NCBI GenBank assembly: GCA_963823655.1
Contig: CAWGMK010000002.1
Span: forward strand, 1 to 64,000
DNA: 64,000 bases
Source: an uncultured Bacillota bacterium
GTDB lineage: Bacteria > Bacillota > DTU025 > MWDF01
Direction: 5' to 3'
Shown here: positions 29,397-39,722 of the stretch, piece after piece
How positions within the stretch are numbered: the stretch's first letter is position 1
Layout of the letters: the number at the start of each line of letters is the position of its first letter
The notes under the pieces: model-generated
The model's input: only the letters and a program-made list of their open reading frames with translations
Database searches by the model: none
What the model was told of the DNA's origin: nothing
Made by a program: the position numbers and the translations under genes

Positions 29397-29689
29397 TGAA
29401 TGATGATCTGCCAAATGACTTGCGTTCGCAAAATCTGCTCAAATCGCAAGTCAGCTGCCAATCATGCTCAACTCCTTGCGATGAGCGGACAAGATGGCAA
29501 ACAGGATTGAGAAGTAATGAAGGCAGGTGCAAGCAGGATTTTTATTTAGGCGTCAACTGATGAGATGTTGTGCTCCCCTCGGTCATCTGGAGGGAGCACA
29601 CTTTTCGAGGGTTTGAGCGCGTTAGTAATCGTTCAGGCATCGTCATTAGAAGAAGCATGAAATATGCTGAACGCTGCAAAATCCGTATC

Positions 29690-29900
29690 TTAAGGCCCGA
29701 TGTCGTTCACAAGGACAACCCGATACCTCGCTTTGTTCTCCCTTACTCCTATTATTGCCTCGTTAATATCCGACATCGGCAGGAGTTCTACCATCGGCAT
29801 AATTTTTATGTTCATGGGCAAACTGCAGCATCCGTTCCATAGTCGCGCGATTGCCTATGAAGGATCCCTCCATCACAATTTCATGAGCAACGAAGTCAGT
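29690..29900 (-). pseudogene. C-terminal remnant of a zinc-type NAD(P)-dependent alcohol dehydrogenase
   Basis: Manual translation across shifts: GSFIGNRATMERMLQFAHEH.IMPMVELLPMSDINEAIIGVRENKARYRVVLVND; the 5' part is replaced by the divergent GNAT gene. Confidence 0.7.
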
Positions 29901-29954
29901 GGATTGGTTAGGCCCAAAAAAGAATAAATAGTGCGAAAAGGCTGGCAGAGAATT

Positions 29955-30497
29955 ATGGAATGGCCCCCGAAAATTGAGACCAGAAGGCTGATATTACGCG
30001 AGTTGGCCGATGAAGATGTAGACTTCATCTATGCTCATTTTAGTGATGAGGACATTTGCAAATTCCTCTTTGATGAGGAGCCCGTAAGAAGCGTTGAAGA
30101 AGCGTTGGGTATTATTAATTGGTACAAAGACGCAGGATCGAAAGATCATTTCAGATGGGGGCTTGAACTCAAAGAGAATGGGCATCTAATAGGGACATGC
30201 GGGTTTCATTTCTTGGACAGAAAGAACAATGAGGCTGAGATCGGATATGATTTGGGCAGGCATTATTGGAGACAAGGATTAATGCTTGAAGCGCTGGAAG
30301 CCATCTTGGACGTTGCATTCAATCATATGAAGCTTAACCGGATACAAGCGTTTGTCTACACTGGCAATGAAGGTTCCTGCAAGCTCTTGGAGAAGTTGAA
30401 GTTCACTCAAGAAGGGATTGCCAGAGAAAAGAACTTGTTTCGAGGAAAGTACTATGATCATTACTGCTACTCCCTGTTAGCTGGAGATTTGAAATAA
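29955..30497 (+). CDS. GNAT N-acetyltransferase, RimJ/RimL type
   Basis: IETRRLILRE, IGTCGF, AEIGYDL..YWRQGLM.EAL, N.GSCKLLEKLKFTQEG. Confidence 0.9.
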   Translation: MEWPPKIETRRLILRELADEDVDFIYAHFSDEDICKFLFDEEPVRSVEEALGIINWYKDAGSKDHFRWGLELKENGHLIGTCGFHFLDRKNNEAEIGYDLGRHYWRQGLMLEALEAILDVAFNHMKLNRIQAFVYTGNEGSCKLLEKLKFTQEGIAREKNLFRGKYYDHYCYSLLAGDLK

Positions 30498-30759
30498 ACT
30501 GGTCGCGATGGTAGAGGGTTAAGGGCAATCTAGATGTCATACGGGGAGGCGGTGATTTTTATCGCCGCCGCCTCTTTTTATACCACCGAAATTCGGCTGA
30601 TTAGTGCTGGGAGTTCTGATAGTGCCAGGTGGTACGGTAGTCGGTAGCGTCGAGCCTTCCGCGCTTATGGTCATCAATTCATGCATCACTGCATTTGCTT
30701 TATTACAACTAGCAGGCAATTGAGGTATATTAGTCGTGTGAGCAAGGAGGAGTACATAA

Positions 30760-30957
30760 GTGAACCACTCGCAGTTTATTAAGAGCTTCTTCGTTTTGGC
30801 CCTGCTGTCGCTCGTTTCTTCAGCAGCAGTCACTTATCTGTACAACCTGCTGGTGCATGGCGCTGGCTTTGTCGATTGGCAGGCATCTTTCCGCTTCGCC
30901 ATCCTGTTCGGCCTGGCCTTGACCTGGGTGAGGAACAGCCGGACCAAGAAGAGCTGA
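30760..30957 (+). CDS. Small two-TM hypothetical protein
   Basis: RBS AGGAGGAG before GTG; two hydrophobic helices. Confidence 0.6.
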   Translation: MNHSQFIKSFFVLALLSLVSSAAVTYLYNLLVHGAGFVDWQASFRFAILFGLALTWVRNSRTKKS

Positions 30958-31057
30958 CTCGCACACCTTGAACTACTTCAAGAGAATCCGCTAACGCCCT
31001 GGAAATCCTGGCGTTGATTTGGCCGCCTCCGGATTTCACTTTTCGCTCAATACCCTC

Positions 31058-32527
31058 TTAAAGTGCTTCAGCCTCCTGGATTATGCTTCTCGCTATGTAC
31101 CATGAGGTGATCATTGCGCAAGGGACGCCTCCCGGGTTATGGACATAGTGCCCGACAGGATAGAAACGCTTCACAGGCAGGTCTTTCCCAATATCAAAGT
31201 GCGGGGCGTCCTTCGGATCCCAGTTCCAGCCGGCTGTGCTGCCGCGCCAGTTGGACGTATAGCGCTCGAAGGTGAGCGGAGTTGCCGCTTCCTGAACGAC
31301 GATGTGGGCGCTCAGCCCGGGCAGAAATTCCTCGGCGCGGGACAATATGTCCTCCGTGACTGCGGCTTTCCGGGCCAGATACGCCTTTCTATCGCCCTTC
31401 AGTCCTTCCCACTCCTCATATGGGCTGAGCTTTGCGACATACAGTGCATGCTTGCCAATCGGTGCGACCGACGGGTCGTCTTTGCTCAATAGGACGAGCT
31501 GTATGTACTTCCCGTCAGCGCAGGTGAAGAAGACATGGCTCTCCTTAAACCGCGTCAGTGCTGCGGCAAGCTCGGGGCTGTCATCCAGGCCCAAATATAC
31601 CGCGAATATCGATTCCGACGGCCTGGCTCTCTCAAGCTTCTGCATCGTCGATGCCGGCAGATGGCTGCTGCCGATAAGCTGAAGGCAGGTCTGGTTCAAA
31701 TCGGCGGCGGACACATACCCAATCGGCAGGAATGATTGTCCCCGTTCTGCAGCTCAACGCCTATGGCCTGCCCGTTTTCAATCCTGATTTGCCTCACACA
31801 CTCTCCCAGACGGACCTCGCCGCCATGCTCGCGGATATACTCCGTCAGGCAGTCGGCCAGCCTCTGCATACCGCCGACCGGAACCCATGTATCGCAATAG
31901 TAGGTTGCCCACATGCCGAGCGTGTTCCTGCCGCTCATCACAGGGTAGCCCAGCTGGTTCAGCAATTGCCGCAGCAAGGCGTCCTTGAAATAGCGCTCAT
32001 GCAGGCTCCGGTTCGTATGCTTGCCGGCGACCCACATCGCCCAGAAGGACAATGGGCGTTTCCAGACAAGCCTCAGCATGGTTTTAAGCGCATTGCGCCC
32101 GAACATCATCCCGCCGTTTAGCATGTCCTCGAATGCGCCTGCTCCGGCTTCCACCCAATGGAAGTACCGCCTCAAGCCATCCTTCTCCGCCGGAAAAAGC
32201 TCACCCAGTTCGCGCCCTGTCTGGCGCGGGTCTTGCAGCGGAATGTCGTGTTCTTCCCCAGCTGATCTGATGCCGAGCGCCGGCAAACTGCAGCCGAGTC
32301 ATCAAGCCAAGCTCCTCCAGGATGGGGAAGATGATCCCATTCGATCCGAAAGAGGTCGGCCCTGCGGGAAAAATGAAGCCATGGCGCCCAAATGAAGACA
32401 CATAACCGCCCGCAACTGTGTGCTGCTCGAAAACCTTCACTGAGAAGCCTGCCCGCGACAGGTATGCGGCAGCTGTCAGCCCCGCCATTCCGCCGCCGAT
32501 GATCGCAATCGTCCTATGAGCCTTCAT
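31058..32527 (-). CDS. Phytoene desaturase-like FAD-dependent oxidoreductase, frameshifted near 32260 and 31715
   Basis: IIGGGMAGLTAA..L...G..V.VFEQH..AGG; PVGGMQRLAD; ATPLTFERYT, Y.VGH...PGGVP across three ORF pieces. Confidence 0.82.
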
Positions 32528-33414
32528 GACCCCTCCTGGCTTGCCAATTGGCGCCTGGCGAGCAGGAAGGCGCCCGCAATCACGAATACTATGCCGAGTA
32601 AGGCCAGTAGCAGCGACAAGGATGCGTCAAGGCGTCTGGGAGAACACGATGAAGTAAGCTGCGATCGGCAATATTTGCGACGGGACATGTTGCATGGGGA
32701 TAAGCTTGGACACATCTCCCAGCCGGAGCGCGCCCTGCGTCTCAGAGATGCCAAGCAAGGCTCCCCGCGGCCACGATGCCTGAGGCAATCAGGATGTATA
32801 GCAGGTCGAGGGCGGAGAATGCGCCGCTGCCCCATCTTGCAAGCAATGCCATAAGTATCCCCAGCCAAAGGTTCGATTGCGAATACAGCAGCCCTGCGTT
32901 GAAGGTTTTAAGTATTCCCCTTATCCGCACGCTCCTCTTCTGGCCGAGATAGCAGGCAAGGGACAGCAATGCGACGGCGGCTGTGAAGATGGATAAGCGC
33001 TGTAGGAAGGCCGGCTCGTACAAGTCGATGGATCTCACATCCACTGACAGCCGGCTCAAGCCGAACGCGGTGACGGCGGCCATCACAAGGACTATGCCAA
33101 TGACCTCGCCCGATCTGCAGCCTTTCCCCGGCCAGCTTGGTTGCGCCGATGGCAAGCACTATCAACCCGATGGCCATCAGCCCCGGGAGGATGGTCGGGC
33201 CGATCTTTGCCTGGGCCAATATATTAAGCGGCACGCCGATGACAAACTGCACGGCGAACCCGGCAAGCCACAGCGGGCTGCGAAGAAGCTGGCGCATCAG
33301 GCCGGCATCGCTGTCGTTTTCCTTACCGCCAGTTTCTGAATCAGCAGGGCGAGGTTGAATGCCATTCCGGCGGCTATTGCGGCAACGACGCCGACCCAGA
33401 TAGGAACTGCTCAT
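32524..33414 (-). CDS. DMT-superfamily-like membrane protein, several frameshifts
   Basis: RBS GGGAGG before MSSSYLG (33414); QLLRSPLWLAGF, AQAKIGPTILPGL, LAGER and hydrophobic pieces in ORFs 32742..33155 and 32524..32868. Confidence 0.6.
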
Positions 33415-33467
33415 AAGTGACCTCCCAACGGGAAGGCCCGGACTGCCGAACCTTCCCCTATCAGCGA

Positions 33468-34164
33468 TTAGCCCTGCCGAACCACCAGTTTGAGATTCAT
33501 CTATTCCCTTGAACAGCAGCCAGCCCAGGAAACCAAATTCGGCCAGCATGCCGGGTACAAGCAAAACTGCCTCTATTGTAGCGCTTGGTGCCAGAAAATG
33601 GACCACTACGGACAGCAGCCCGCCAAACGCTTCGACTAGGAACAGGAAACCGAATGCCTTGGGGATGAACTTCGAGCGCCAGATCAGAAGCCCCAGAGGC
33701 AGCACCCAGAGGGCGAAGAAAGCCTGCCCTATCATATAGCCGTGGTTGTAGGTGTCGAAGCTGAACATCGCCATTGACTGAAGCTGGGCCTCGGTGAAGG
33801 CACTAGGTTGCGCGCCCGCTCCAAGCAGGGAAAGCGGAACCAGCTCATTCAGGATGTTGGACATCAGCAGCAGGGATCCTGCTGCGGCGAAGAGAACCAT
33901 CAGCTGCGCCAGGTTCTTGTTCACCGAAACCAGGAGCCTGTAGAGCGCAAGGGCTGTAAACAGGTAGCACAGGGACATGAGTATGTCGCTTACGATCCCG
34001 GCGCGGTACAGAAGGCCGTTTGCCAGGATGTTGCTCGCAGTCTGAGCGGCGTCGTTTGCGACGAATATATTCTGGCGGAAGAACAGCTCAGCGAAGAGGC
34101 CGAAAACGACCATCAGGAGGAAGAACACGCCGGCGAGCCTTGCGATTTTCTTGCTGGGATTCAT
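33468..34164 (-). CDS. DUF4386 family membrane protein (copy 1)
   Basis: ARLAGVFFL, DAAQTASNIL, ALALYRLL..VNKNLA, FFALWVLPLGLLIWRSKFIPK, EFGFLGWLLFKG. A probable shift near 33495 gives a stop at 33468. Confidence 0.78.
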
Positions 34165-34592
34165 TATATTGACCTTCTTTCATAGTTTACTTGATTGACG
34201 CTAGTTTGTTTATCCGTCCATTTCCACGCGGACCATATCATCAGCAGCATGGTGATGACCTCAACTGCGGCGAAGAAAATGTAGTGCAGCGTAAGCGACC
34301 CGCCGGCGATGACGAAAGCTATCGTAATTGTGCAAGCGACGATGTTGGCCAGGCGGTTAGCCCTGTGATTAAGCACTCTGGACAGGAAGATCATCGATAT
34401 CGGGATCTCGATCACGACGGCGAAAGCCAGCATCATTGCCTGAGTAACCTGGACAGGGGCGTCGCCTGCTGTGCCTGGCAGCATGAAAGAGAAGATGTCC
34501 GCAGCCAGCATGTTTATCATGATGAATATCCAAAGTGTCGAAAACCTGGCTTTCATCGTTTCCATTCCGATCGTTTCTTTGACCGGTTTCAT
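34164..34592 (-). CDS. DUF6326-like membrane protein
   Basis: STLWIFIMINMLAADIFSF, EIPISMIFLSRVL..RANR..NI, YIFFAAVE, AWKW. Confidence 0.72.
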   Translation of the reverse strand: MKPVKETIGMETMKARFSTLWIFIMINMLAADIFSFMLPGTAGDAPVQVTQAMMLAFAVVIEIPISMIFLSRVLNHRANRLANIVACTITIAFVIAGGSLTLHYIFFAAVEVITMLLMIWSAWKWTDKQTSVNQVNYERRSI

Positions 34593-34778
34593 TTTTATTA
34601 TTCCTCCTACATTTAGAACCTATATGAGTCTTATAAGCCCTGCTATATATCCCTGTCGCCTCGGCTCATCCGGAGCTATTCAATGCTCCGGATGGGCCCT
34701 GCGATCTCGCACTTTACCAGGACATAGGGAAAATCCCTCTGTCTACGCATATAGAATTCGATTATTCTTAGGTGTTTG

Positions 34779-35486
34779 TTATGCCTTAGCGCCCTGCTGA
34801 GCACTAATCGCCCGCGGGTCAAATCCCTTCGCGATCAGCCACACAGCGAGGACCATCTCCTGCAAGAAGCATAGGCAAGTAAAGCAGGCATTCCGTGCTC
34901 GAACCGCTTTCGATGAGTCCGAACAGGACCAACATGCCTGATAGGAAGTAGGGAAGGGTAGATGCAAGGCCCCATGCTGAGATCCATCTGGGGACAAGCT
35001 TCGAGCGATACAGCACCGTATAGAACATAAGCGCCCCGAGGATGAAGAAGATCATCGTTATGCGCTCCCCCGGCCATTCGGGTCTGTCAAAGCCTTGCTT
35101 ATTGCACTGAGCGCCGATATGTCAGCGCCGGTTAGAACTGCCGCGCGGCCCAGGGCTGCCGAGATCAGCCAGCAGAAAGCGGTGATGATATAGGTGGTGG
35201 TTTCCAATGCTCCCCTGAAGACCACATAACCTGTTGCCAGCGTCTGGTTCTGCTTTCTTAGTACGGGGTAGAGCAGCACCGACATCAAAGACAGCGCTAT
35301 TCCCATCGTCAATATCAGCATCGCGCCGATTATGACCGGGGTCGCGTTTCCCGCCACCTTCGTTAGGTAATCGGGGTCATTCAGATAAGGAGTGGCGATT
35401 ACGGAGCAGCAGCCCGCCACTGTGCCTATGATGTACAGCAGCCCGATCTTGGCCGCCGTCCGGCGCAAGGTTTTTGCTTCAGTCAT
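34779..35486 (-). CDS. DUF4386 family membrane protein (copy 2), frameshifted
   Basis: IGLLYIIGTVAG, LYPVLRKQN..LA.GYVVFR, LYRSKLVPRWISAWG, QEMVLAVWLIAKGF across three ORF pieces. Confidence 0.75.
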
Positions 35487-35509
35487 TTCCTTGCTTGTCT
35501 GTCAAAGTC

Positions 35510-35743
35510 TCATTCATTTCTTTCTCCTTCTTTCTCATAACTGAATACTTCGCCTATTGTCACCCCGAAAGCTTCGGCAATTTTAAATGCCAACTCCAAC
35601 GAGGGTGAATACTTGCCTGCCTCTATGGCGATTATGGTCTGCCTGGAAGCCCCGGCCTTCTCCGCGAGCTCCTGCTGCGTCATTTCATTGGCGAAGAAGC
35701 GCAGCCTTCTGATATTGTTCTTTATCTCGAAACCCTTGGCCAT
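35510..35743 (-). CDS. Xre/Cro-family HTH transcriptional regulator
   Basis: NNIRRLR, MTQQELA...[24 protein letters not shown]. Confidence 0.9.
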   Translation of the reverse strand: MAKGFEIKNNIRRLRFFANEMTQQELAEKAGASRQTIIAIEAGKYSPSLELAFKIAEAFGVTIGEVFSYEKEGERNE

Positions 35744-35800
35744 TTCCAGCACTCCTTTGATAAACAGTCTGTAACTTAAATGCTTGATGCTAAGGCTGTG

Positions 35801-36298
35801 TTAAATCCCCTTCCTGTAGTAGTGGATCTGTACACAAGCCTCAATTATCGAGCCGATGACGAATGAGCCGAACAGGATGTTCAACATCACAGCAAGCGGC
35901 CATTCCAGCACCAGGGAGACCAGCGCCGCGACAAACCCGATGCCCACGATGGCGTAGCCTATCTTCGTGGCTTTGAGCTCGATCAGCTTGTCCATTTCGT
36001 CCTCAACCATTTCCATCTCAATGGATTTTTCGACTTTCTTGTCATCGCACGTTCCGGTTTTGATCTGTTCGCTGATTGCCGCCCCGATGGAGAGCAGGAT
36101 GTGGAAAACTATCTGGATGACGATCATGGCGACTATTCCGATTCCGATGACTTGCAATATCGTCGTTGCCCAGAACTTCGTGTCATCCAGGGTAGCGGCA
36201 CCGGAGTTCACCTTGCCGAATGCATAGATGCCGTATGCAATCAGCAGCACTGCGCCTGTTATCAAAGCAATTATCACTCTCTTGATCTTATAAGACAT
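35801..36298 (-). CDS. Membrane protein paired with the Xre regulator (DUF2178-like)
   Basis: Four TM helices with central EDEMDKLIELKA and C-terminal YYRKGI. Confidence 0.68.
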   Translation of the reverse strand: MSYKIKRVIIALITGAVLLIAYGIYAFGKVNSGAATLDDTKFWATTILQVIGIGIVAMIVIQIVFHILLSIGAAISEQIKTGTCDDKKVEKSIEMEMVEDEMDKLIELKATKIGYAIVGIGFVAALVSLVLEWPLAVMLNILFGSFVIGSIIEACVQIHYYRKGI

Positions 36299-36340
36299 GT
36301 CAGTACACTTCCTTTTGATAGTATGGTCCGCAATTCAATT

Positions 36341-36379
36341 TGTAAAGCATTCTAATCTATATGTCAAGTATATTTTACA
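36341..36379 (-). promoter_or_regulatory. Probable promoter and operator of the Xre operon
   Basis: Minus-strand TTGACA (36367-36362) embedded in an imperfect inverted repeat TGTAAAG...GTCAAGTATATTTTACA; the -10 is weak. Confidence 0.45.
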
Positions 36380-36496
36380 TTGATTTCGAGAAATTTCTTT
36401 CGTACCTGCTAAATACATGTAATTGTAGAGATGGCTTAAATGCTGTTGCGCTGGCAGGCGCGGATCAAACGGCGTCTTTGAATCAAAAAGAGCCGA

Positions 36497-36997
36497 TCAG
36501 CAATTGACCGGCCCTTGTCGTTTCGTCAGTTCAGAATAGACCTTACAGCCTTCTATATAGAAGCCGACGGCAATTCCAAGTAAGAGGAACCTTGCTGCAT
36601 TGAACGCAACGCCGATAAGGAAGAAATATAAGGCATTGCCCGGCGCATGCAAAAGCATAGGGACGTCGATCAGGATAATGGCAATTACCAGGGCGATTGA
36701 GCTTAGGACAACGGATTTGAGGATCGGGCCATTTGCAGGGATCCTCGGAAAGAAACGGAGCAGGAAATAGCTTACGAAGCATCCGATTATTAGCCCGGCA
36801 ATCAAGGAGCTGAACCAAACCGTCTGAATGCTCCAATCTGAAAACGCTGCCCTGTACTTCGCCGCGATGGGGAGCAGGGAAGTTGCAAGCGTTGTCACCC
36901 AGAATGCCGCTCCTCCCGCAAGGGCCAATTTGCAAAGCTTCATAAGAAACTCGAATGGTTTCTGTTGTGTGCTCAGACTTATTGCCAAGGTTTTCAT
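36497..36997 (-). CDS. Hypothetical membrane protein
   Basis: RBS AAGGAG before ATG 36997; four hydrophobic segments. Confidence 0.6.
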   Translation of the reverse strand: MKTLAISLSTQQKPFEFLMKLCKLALAGGAAFWVTTLATSLLPIAAKYRAAFSDWSIQTVWFSSLIAGLIIGCFVSYFLLRFFPRIPANGPILKSVVLSSIALVIAIILIDVPMLLHAPGNALYFFLIGVAFNAARFLLLGIAVGFYIEGCKVYSELTKRQGPVNC

Positions 36998-37045
36998 TTG
37001 ATCTCCTTCGCCCATTCGATTTGAATGAGACTATCGTTACTGGCG

Positions 37046-37742
37046 CTACGAAAGCATCGAGGCGGGCTCCTGGTCTTTTACCTTCTTTATAATCAACCAG
37101 AGGCTAAGCGAAAACTCCGCCAGAAAGCTGATTGCCAGTCCCGGGATATGTGATTATGTCTAAGCCCGGCAAGAGGAAGAACTGGAAGAACCATATCATC
37201 ACGCTAACAAAGTCGGCCATCAGCAGCATACCGAGCCATTTCGGAAGGAAGCCCGACTTGTACACCAGATACCCAAGCGGCAAGAGCCATGTGCCGAAGA
37301 AAATCTGAGCTATGATGAAGCCGCTCTTATGAAGGTTTAGAAACAGCAGATTCAGGGCATTAAGCTGATCGGGCTGGAAAGCCTTCTGGAAATCCGCACT
37401 GGCATTGATCAGCATGGGGGCGTACAGGAGCAGCAGACTGACGCACTGCACTGCAACGCCTGCTGCATTGAGCAGGAGAAACAGCAGGGCTAGGTTCTTT
37501 TGAACCGGCTTCAGCAGGACGTAGAGGGCCCATGCAGCCAGCAGGAATAGGACTGCAGAGACCAGATCGTCGACAAAGCTGATGCGTAAAAGCCCCATCG
37601 AGTTCTTAAGGAGCTCGGCCGTTTTCGTGGCATCCCCAAGCACAATAAGCTTGGATCGGACAACGCCTGCGAAGATGGATGTAATCATGAATGCAAGGTA
37701 TAATAACCCGGCCCTACTTGCGTCTTTTCTACTTGATGTCAT
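37046..37742 (-). CDS. DUF4386 family membrane protein (copy 3), frameshift near 37140
   Basis: RAGLLYL, DATKTA, AWALYVLLKPVQKNLA, FFGTWLLPLGYLVYKSGFLPK. The shifted frame continues AEFSLSLWLIIK to TAG at 37046. Confidence 0.78.
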
Positions 37743-37782
37743 AGTCGTACCTCCAAAACTTGTCTTCTGACCTTCGATATAT

Positions 37783-37838
37783 TATACTGTACGGTGTAGT
37801 TTACCCTATGTCAATATTAAATTACACTTTGCGGTGTA
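37783..37838. promoter_or_regulatory. Two TetR-type operators in the divergent intergenic region
   Basis: TATACTGTACGGTGTA (37783-37798) and TACACTTTGCGGTGTA (37823-37838), imperfect palindromes 40 bp apart. Confidence 0.68.
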
Positions 37839-37857
37839 ATATTTATGGGGGCTCAAT

Positions 37858-38481
37858 ATGGAGGAAGCGAAAAAGGCAAGAAAGAAGAGGGATACCAGCC
37901 AGAAGCGCCAATCGATCCTGGAAGGCGCCGTAAAGGTATTTACGAAATATGGGTATGAAGCATCCAGCATGGATCACATCGCAGAAGTAGCAGGAGTATC
38001 GAAACGCACGGTTTACAACCATTTTCCAAGCAAGGAGATATTGTTTCAGGCGATAGTTGCGGATTTCCTGAAGCAGCGCGATGAAATTAAACCTATTAGA
38101 TATGCATCGGCATTGCCCCTTGAAGAGCAGTTGAAGGAGTTTGCGAAAGCCGAGCTTTTCCTGATCGATGACCCTGTACGAAGGGGCCTATCAAAGCTGT
38201 TCACCTCGGTTTTCTTAATGAATATCGATTTCGGCAGGAAAACCAGAGGCCAATATGAGCCTCACAAGGAGTTTATAATCTGGCTTAATTCTGCAAAGGA
38301 AGATCAGAAGCTTAGTTTTCAATCTCCGGTGCTTGCCGCCCGGTTATTTTATGGCATGGTGGAAGGTTGCCTTACATATCCGGCATTATTCACAAATGGC
38401 GAAAGCCTTAAGCACATCGATGATTTGCTGGATGAGCTGATTGCCGCATTTTTGGCCTTCTATAGATACTCCGAAAGTTAA
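37858..38481 (+). CDS. TetR/AcrR family regulator
   Basis: ILEGAVKVF..YGYEASSMDHIAEVAGVSKRTVYNHFPSKE.LF. Confidence 0.92.
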   Translation: MEEAKKARKKRDTSQKRQSILEGAVKVFTKYGYEASSMDHIAEVAGVSKRTVYNHFPSKEILFQAIVADFLKQRDEIKPIRYASALPLEEQLKEFAKAELFLIDDPVRRGLSKLFTSVFLMNIDFGRKTRGQYEPHKEFIIWLNSAKEDQKLSFQSPVLAARLFYGMVEGCLTYPALFTNGESLKHIDDLLDELIAAFLAFYRYSES

Positions 38482-38559
38482 ATCGGCCGATAAGTTGGCA
38501 CATACATAAGCGTAAAAGTGGAGTACAAAAGAACGATTATCTAATTCGCATCAGTAGAA

Positions 38560-38600
38560 ATTAAGGCGAGCGGAGATGAAAAGTCTCCGCTCACCTTAAT
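38560..38600. terminator. Long terminator hairpin
   Basis: ATTAAGGCGAGCGGAGA / TCTCCGCTCACCTTAAT. Confidence 0.7.
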
Positions 38601-38615
38601 CCAGAGGGCCATTTA

Positions 38616-38673
38616 TGAGCCCGGTATTGATCGAACTTACGACCCACTGACTGAAAATCAGTTGCTCTGCCAA
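38616..38673 (-). pseudogene. Decayed 3' two-thirds of a tRNA-Lys-like gene
   Basis: Minus strand TTGGCAGAGCAACTGATTTTCAGTCAGTGGGTCGTAAGTTCGATCAATACCGGGCTCA; 28 of 33 nt match the D-loop to variable-loop segment of the tRNA-Lys at 13376. 5' acceptor strand and CCA missing, T stem broken. Confidence 0.72.
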
Positions 38674-38738
38674 GTCATTAAATTACGACATTCTGCCCTT
38701 GCCTTAGCGGCCTAAGCATTCCTTCAGCATGGCCTTGT

Positions 38739-38948
38739 TTATTGCTCGCTCTTGTACTCCAATATGTCACCGGGCTGGCAGGCCAAGGCCTTGCATATAG
38801 CCTCCAATGTGGAGAAGCGGACGGCCTTCGCCTTGCCGTTCTTCAGAATGGAGAGGTTGGCCATGGTAATTCCGACTTTTTCGGTGAGCTCCGTCACGCT
38901 CATCTTCCTTTTCGCCAGCATCACATCTATATTGACTACTATTGCCAA
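38739..38948 (-). CDS. YozG-like Cro/C1 HTH regulator
   Basis: TTG start after GAGGTG: MAIVVNIDVMLAKRKMSVTEL..VGITMANLSILKNGKAKAVRFSTLEAICKAL.CQPGDILEY. Confidence 0.9.
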   Translation of the reverse strand: MAIVVNIDVMLAKRKMSVTELTEKVGITMANLSILKNGKAKAVRFSTLEAICKALACQPGDILEYKSEQ

Positions 38949-38958
38949 AATGCTCACC

Positions 38959-39438
38959 TCATACCGTCAAGTCGATTTCTGACTTCATGTCAATCGCGTC
39001 TTTCAAAAGCTTCTGCAACAGGGCTGCGAACACCCCTACTACGAACGAGGCGAATACGAATACTCCGCCTATTAATATCAGCCCGGGAGCATCGTCCAGC
39101 TCAGCCATGAAGTAGTAGAAGGGCATGCTTGCTGTACAAAGGAAACAGATTGCCAGCGCGCAGTACTTGATGTCCTTCAATGCATTCACGGAAAGGTCCG
39201 AAAAAGCATTGTTGCCCTCTATGTAGCCTAGAAGCTTCAGAGCCTGGTACAACGCATAGAAGAAGGGGAAAGCGGATAGGTAGAAGCCCGCAATTATCGA
39301 ATAGACATAAGGGACGAATGGCGGGTAAGTCGATGCTTCTTTCGCTATCGCAGGCAGGCCGAAAATGCACATCGCAAGCACTACGGCCCCTATGACGAAC
39401 ACGGACAATTTCAGCAGGAGCGTGGTCACTCTGTTCAT
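38959..39438 (-). CDS. DUF2975 (YoaS-like) membrane protein
   Basis: ALYQALKLL.YIE.N.AFSDLSV.ALK.IKYCA, DDAPG, LQKLLKDAIDMKSEIDLTV; usual partner of the YozG-like HTH. Confidence 0.88.
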   Translation of the reverse strand: MNRVTTLLLKLSVFVIGAVVLAMCIFGLPAIAKEASTYPPFVPYVYSIIAGFYLSAFPFFYALYQALKLLGYIEGNNAFSDLSVNALKDIKYCALAICFLCTASMPFYYFMAELDDAPGLILIGGVFVFASFVVGVFAALLQKLLKDAIDMKSEIDLTV

Positions 39439-39722
39439 TGGATGCACCTCACAAAAGTTATCATGTAGAATTTAACATGAAATCTATCGATTATCAATAA
39501 ATATATATCATTAAATGGCAAGTGCGCTCAAGGACGCGCGCACACCTTCGAACGCCGCCTTCGAATTCCCGCGAATAGAGCTCAATGCAAAAAGCGCCGT
39601 AAAACTCGCGTTTATGTATTATTTGATCTACGCAGCATGCCCTTTCCTTTACTTTTCGCCCCTTTTTGAATATCATTCTTTTGTCTGGCAATGAATGAAA
39701 AGGAAACGAAGGGAGCCCGAAG

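Noticed and set aside
32908-34164. 418-aa DUF4386-DMT fusion protein
   Set aside because: Artefact of frameshifts; the DMT-like gene has its own RBS and ATG at 33414.
38646-38662. Plus-strand ACTGA-CTGAAAA-TCAGT read as a tRNA-Phe anticodon arm
   Set aside because: The flanking D-loop and TTCGA elements are in the correct order only on the minus strand.
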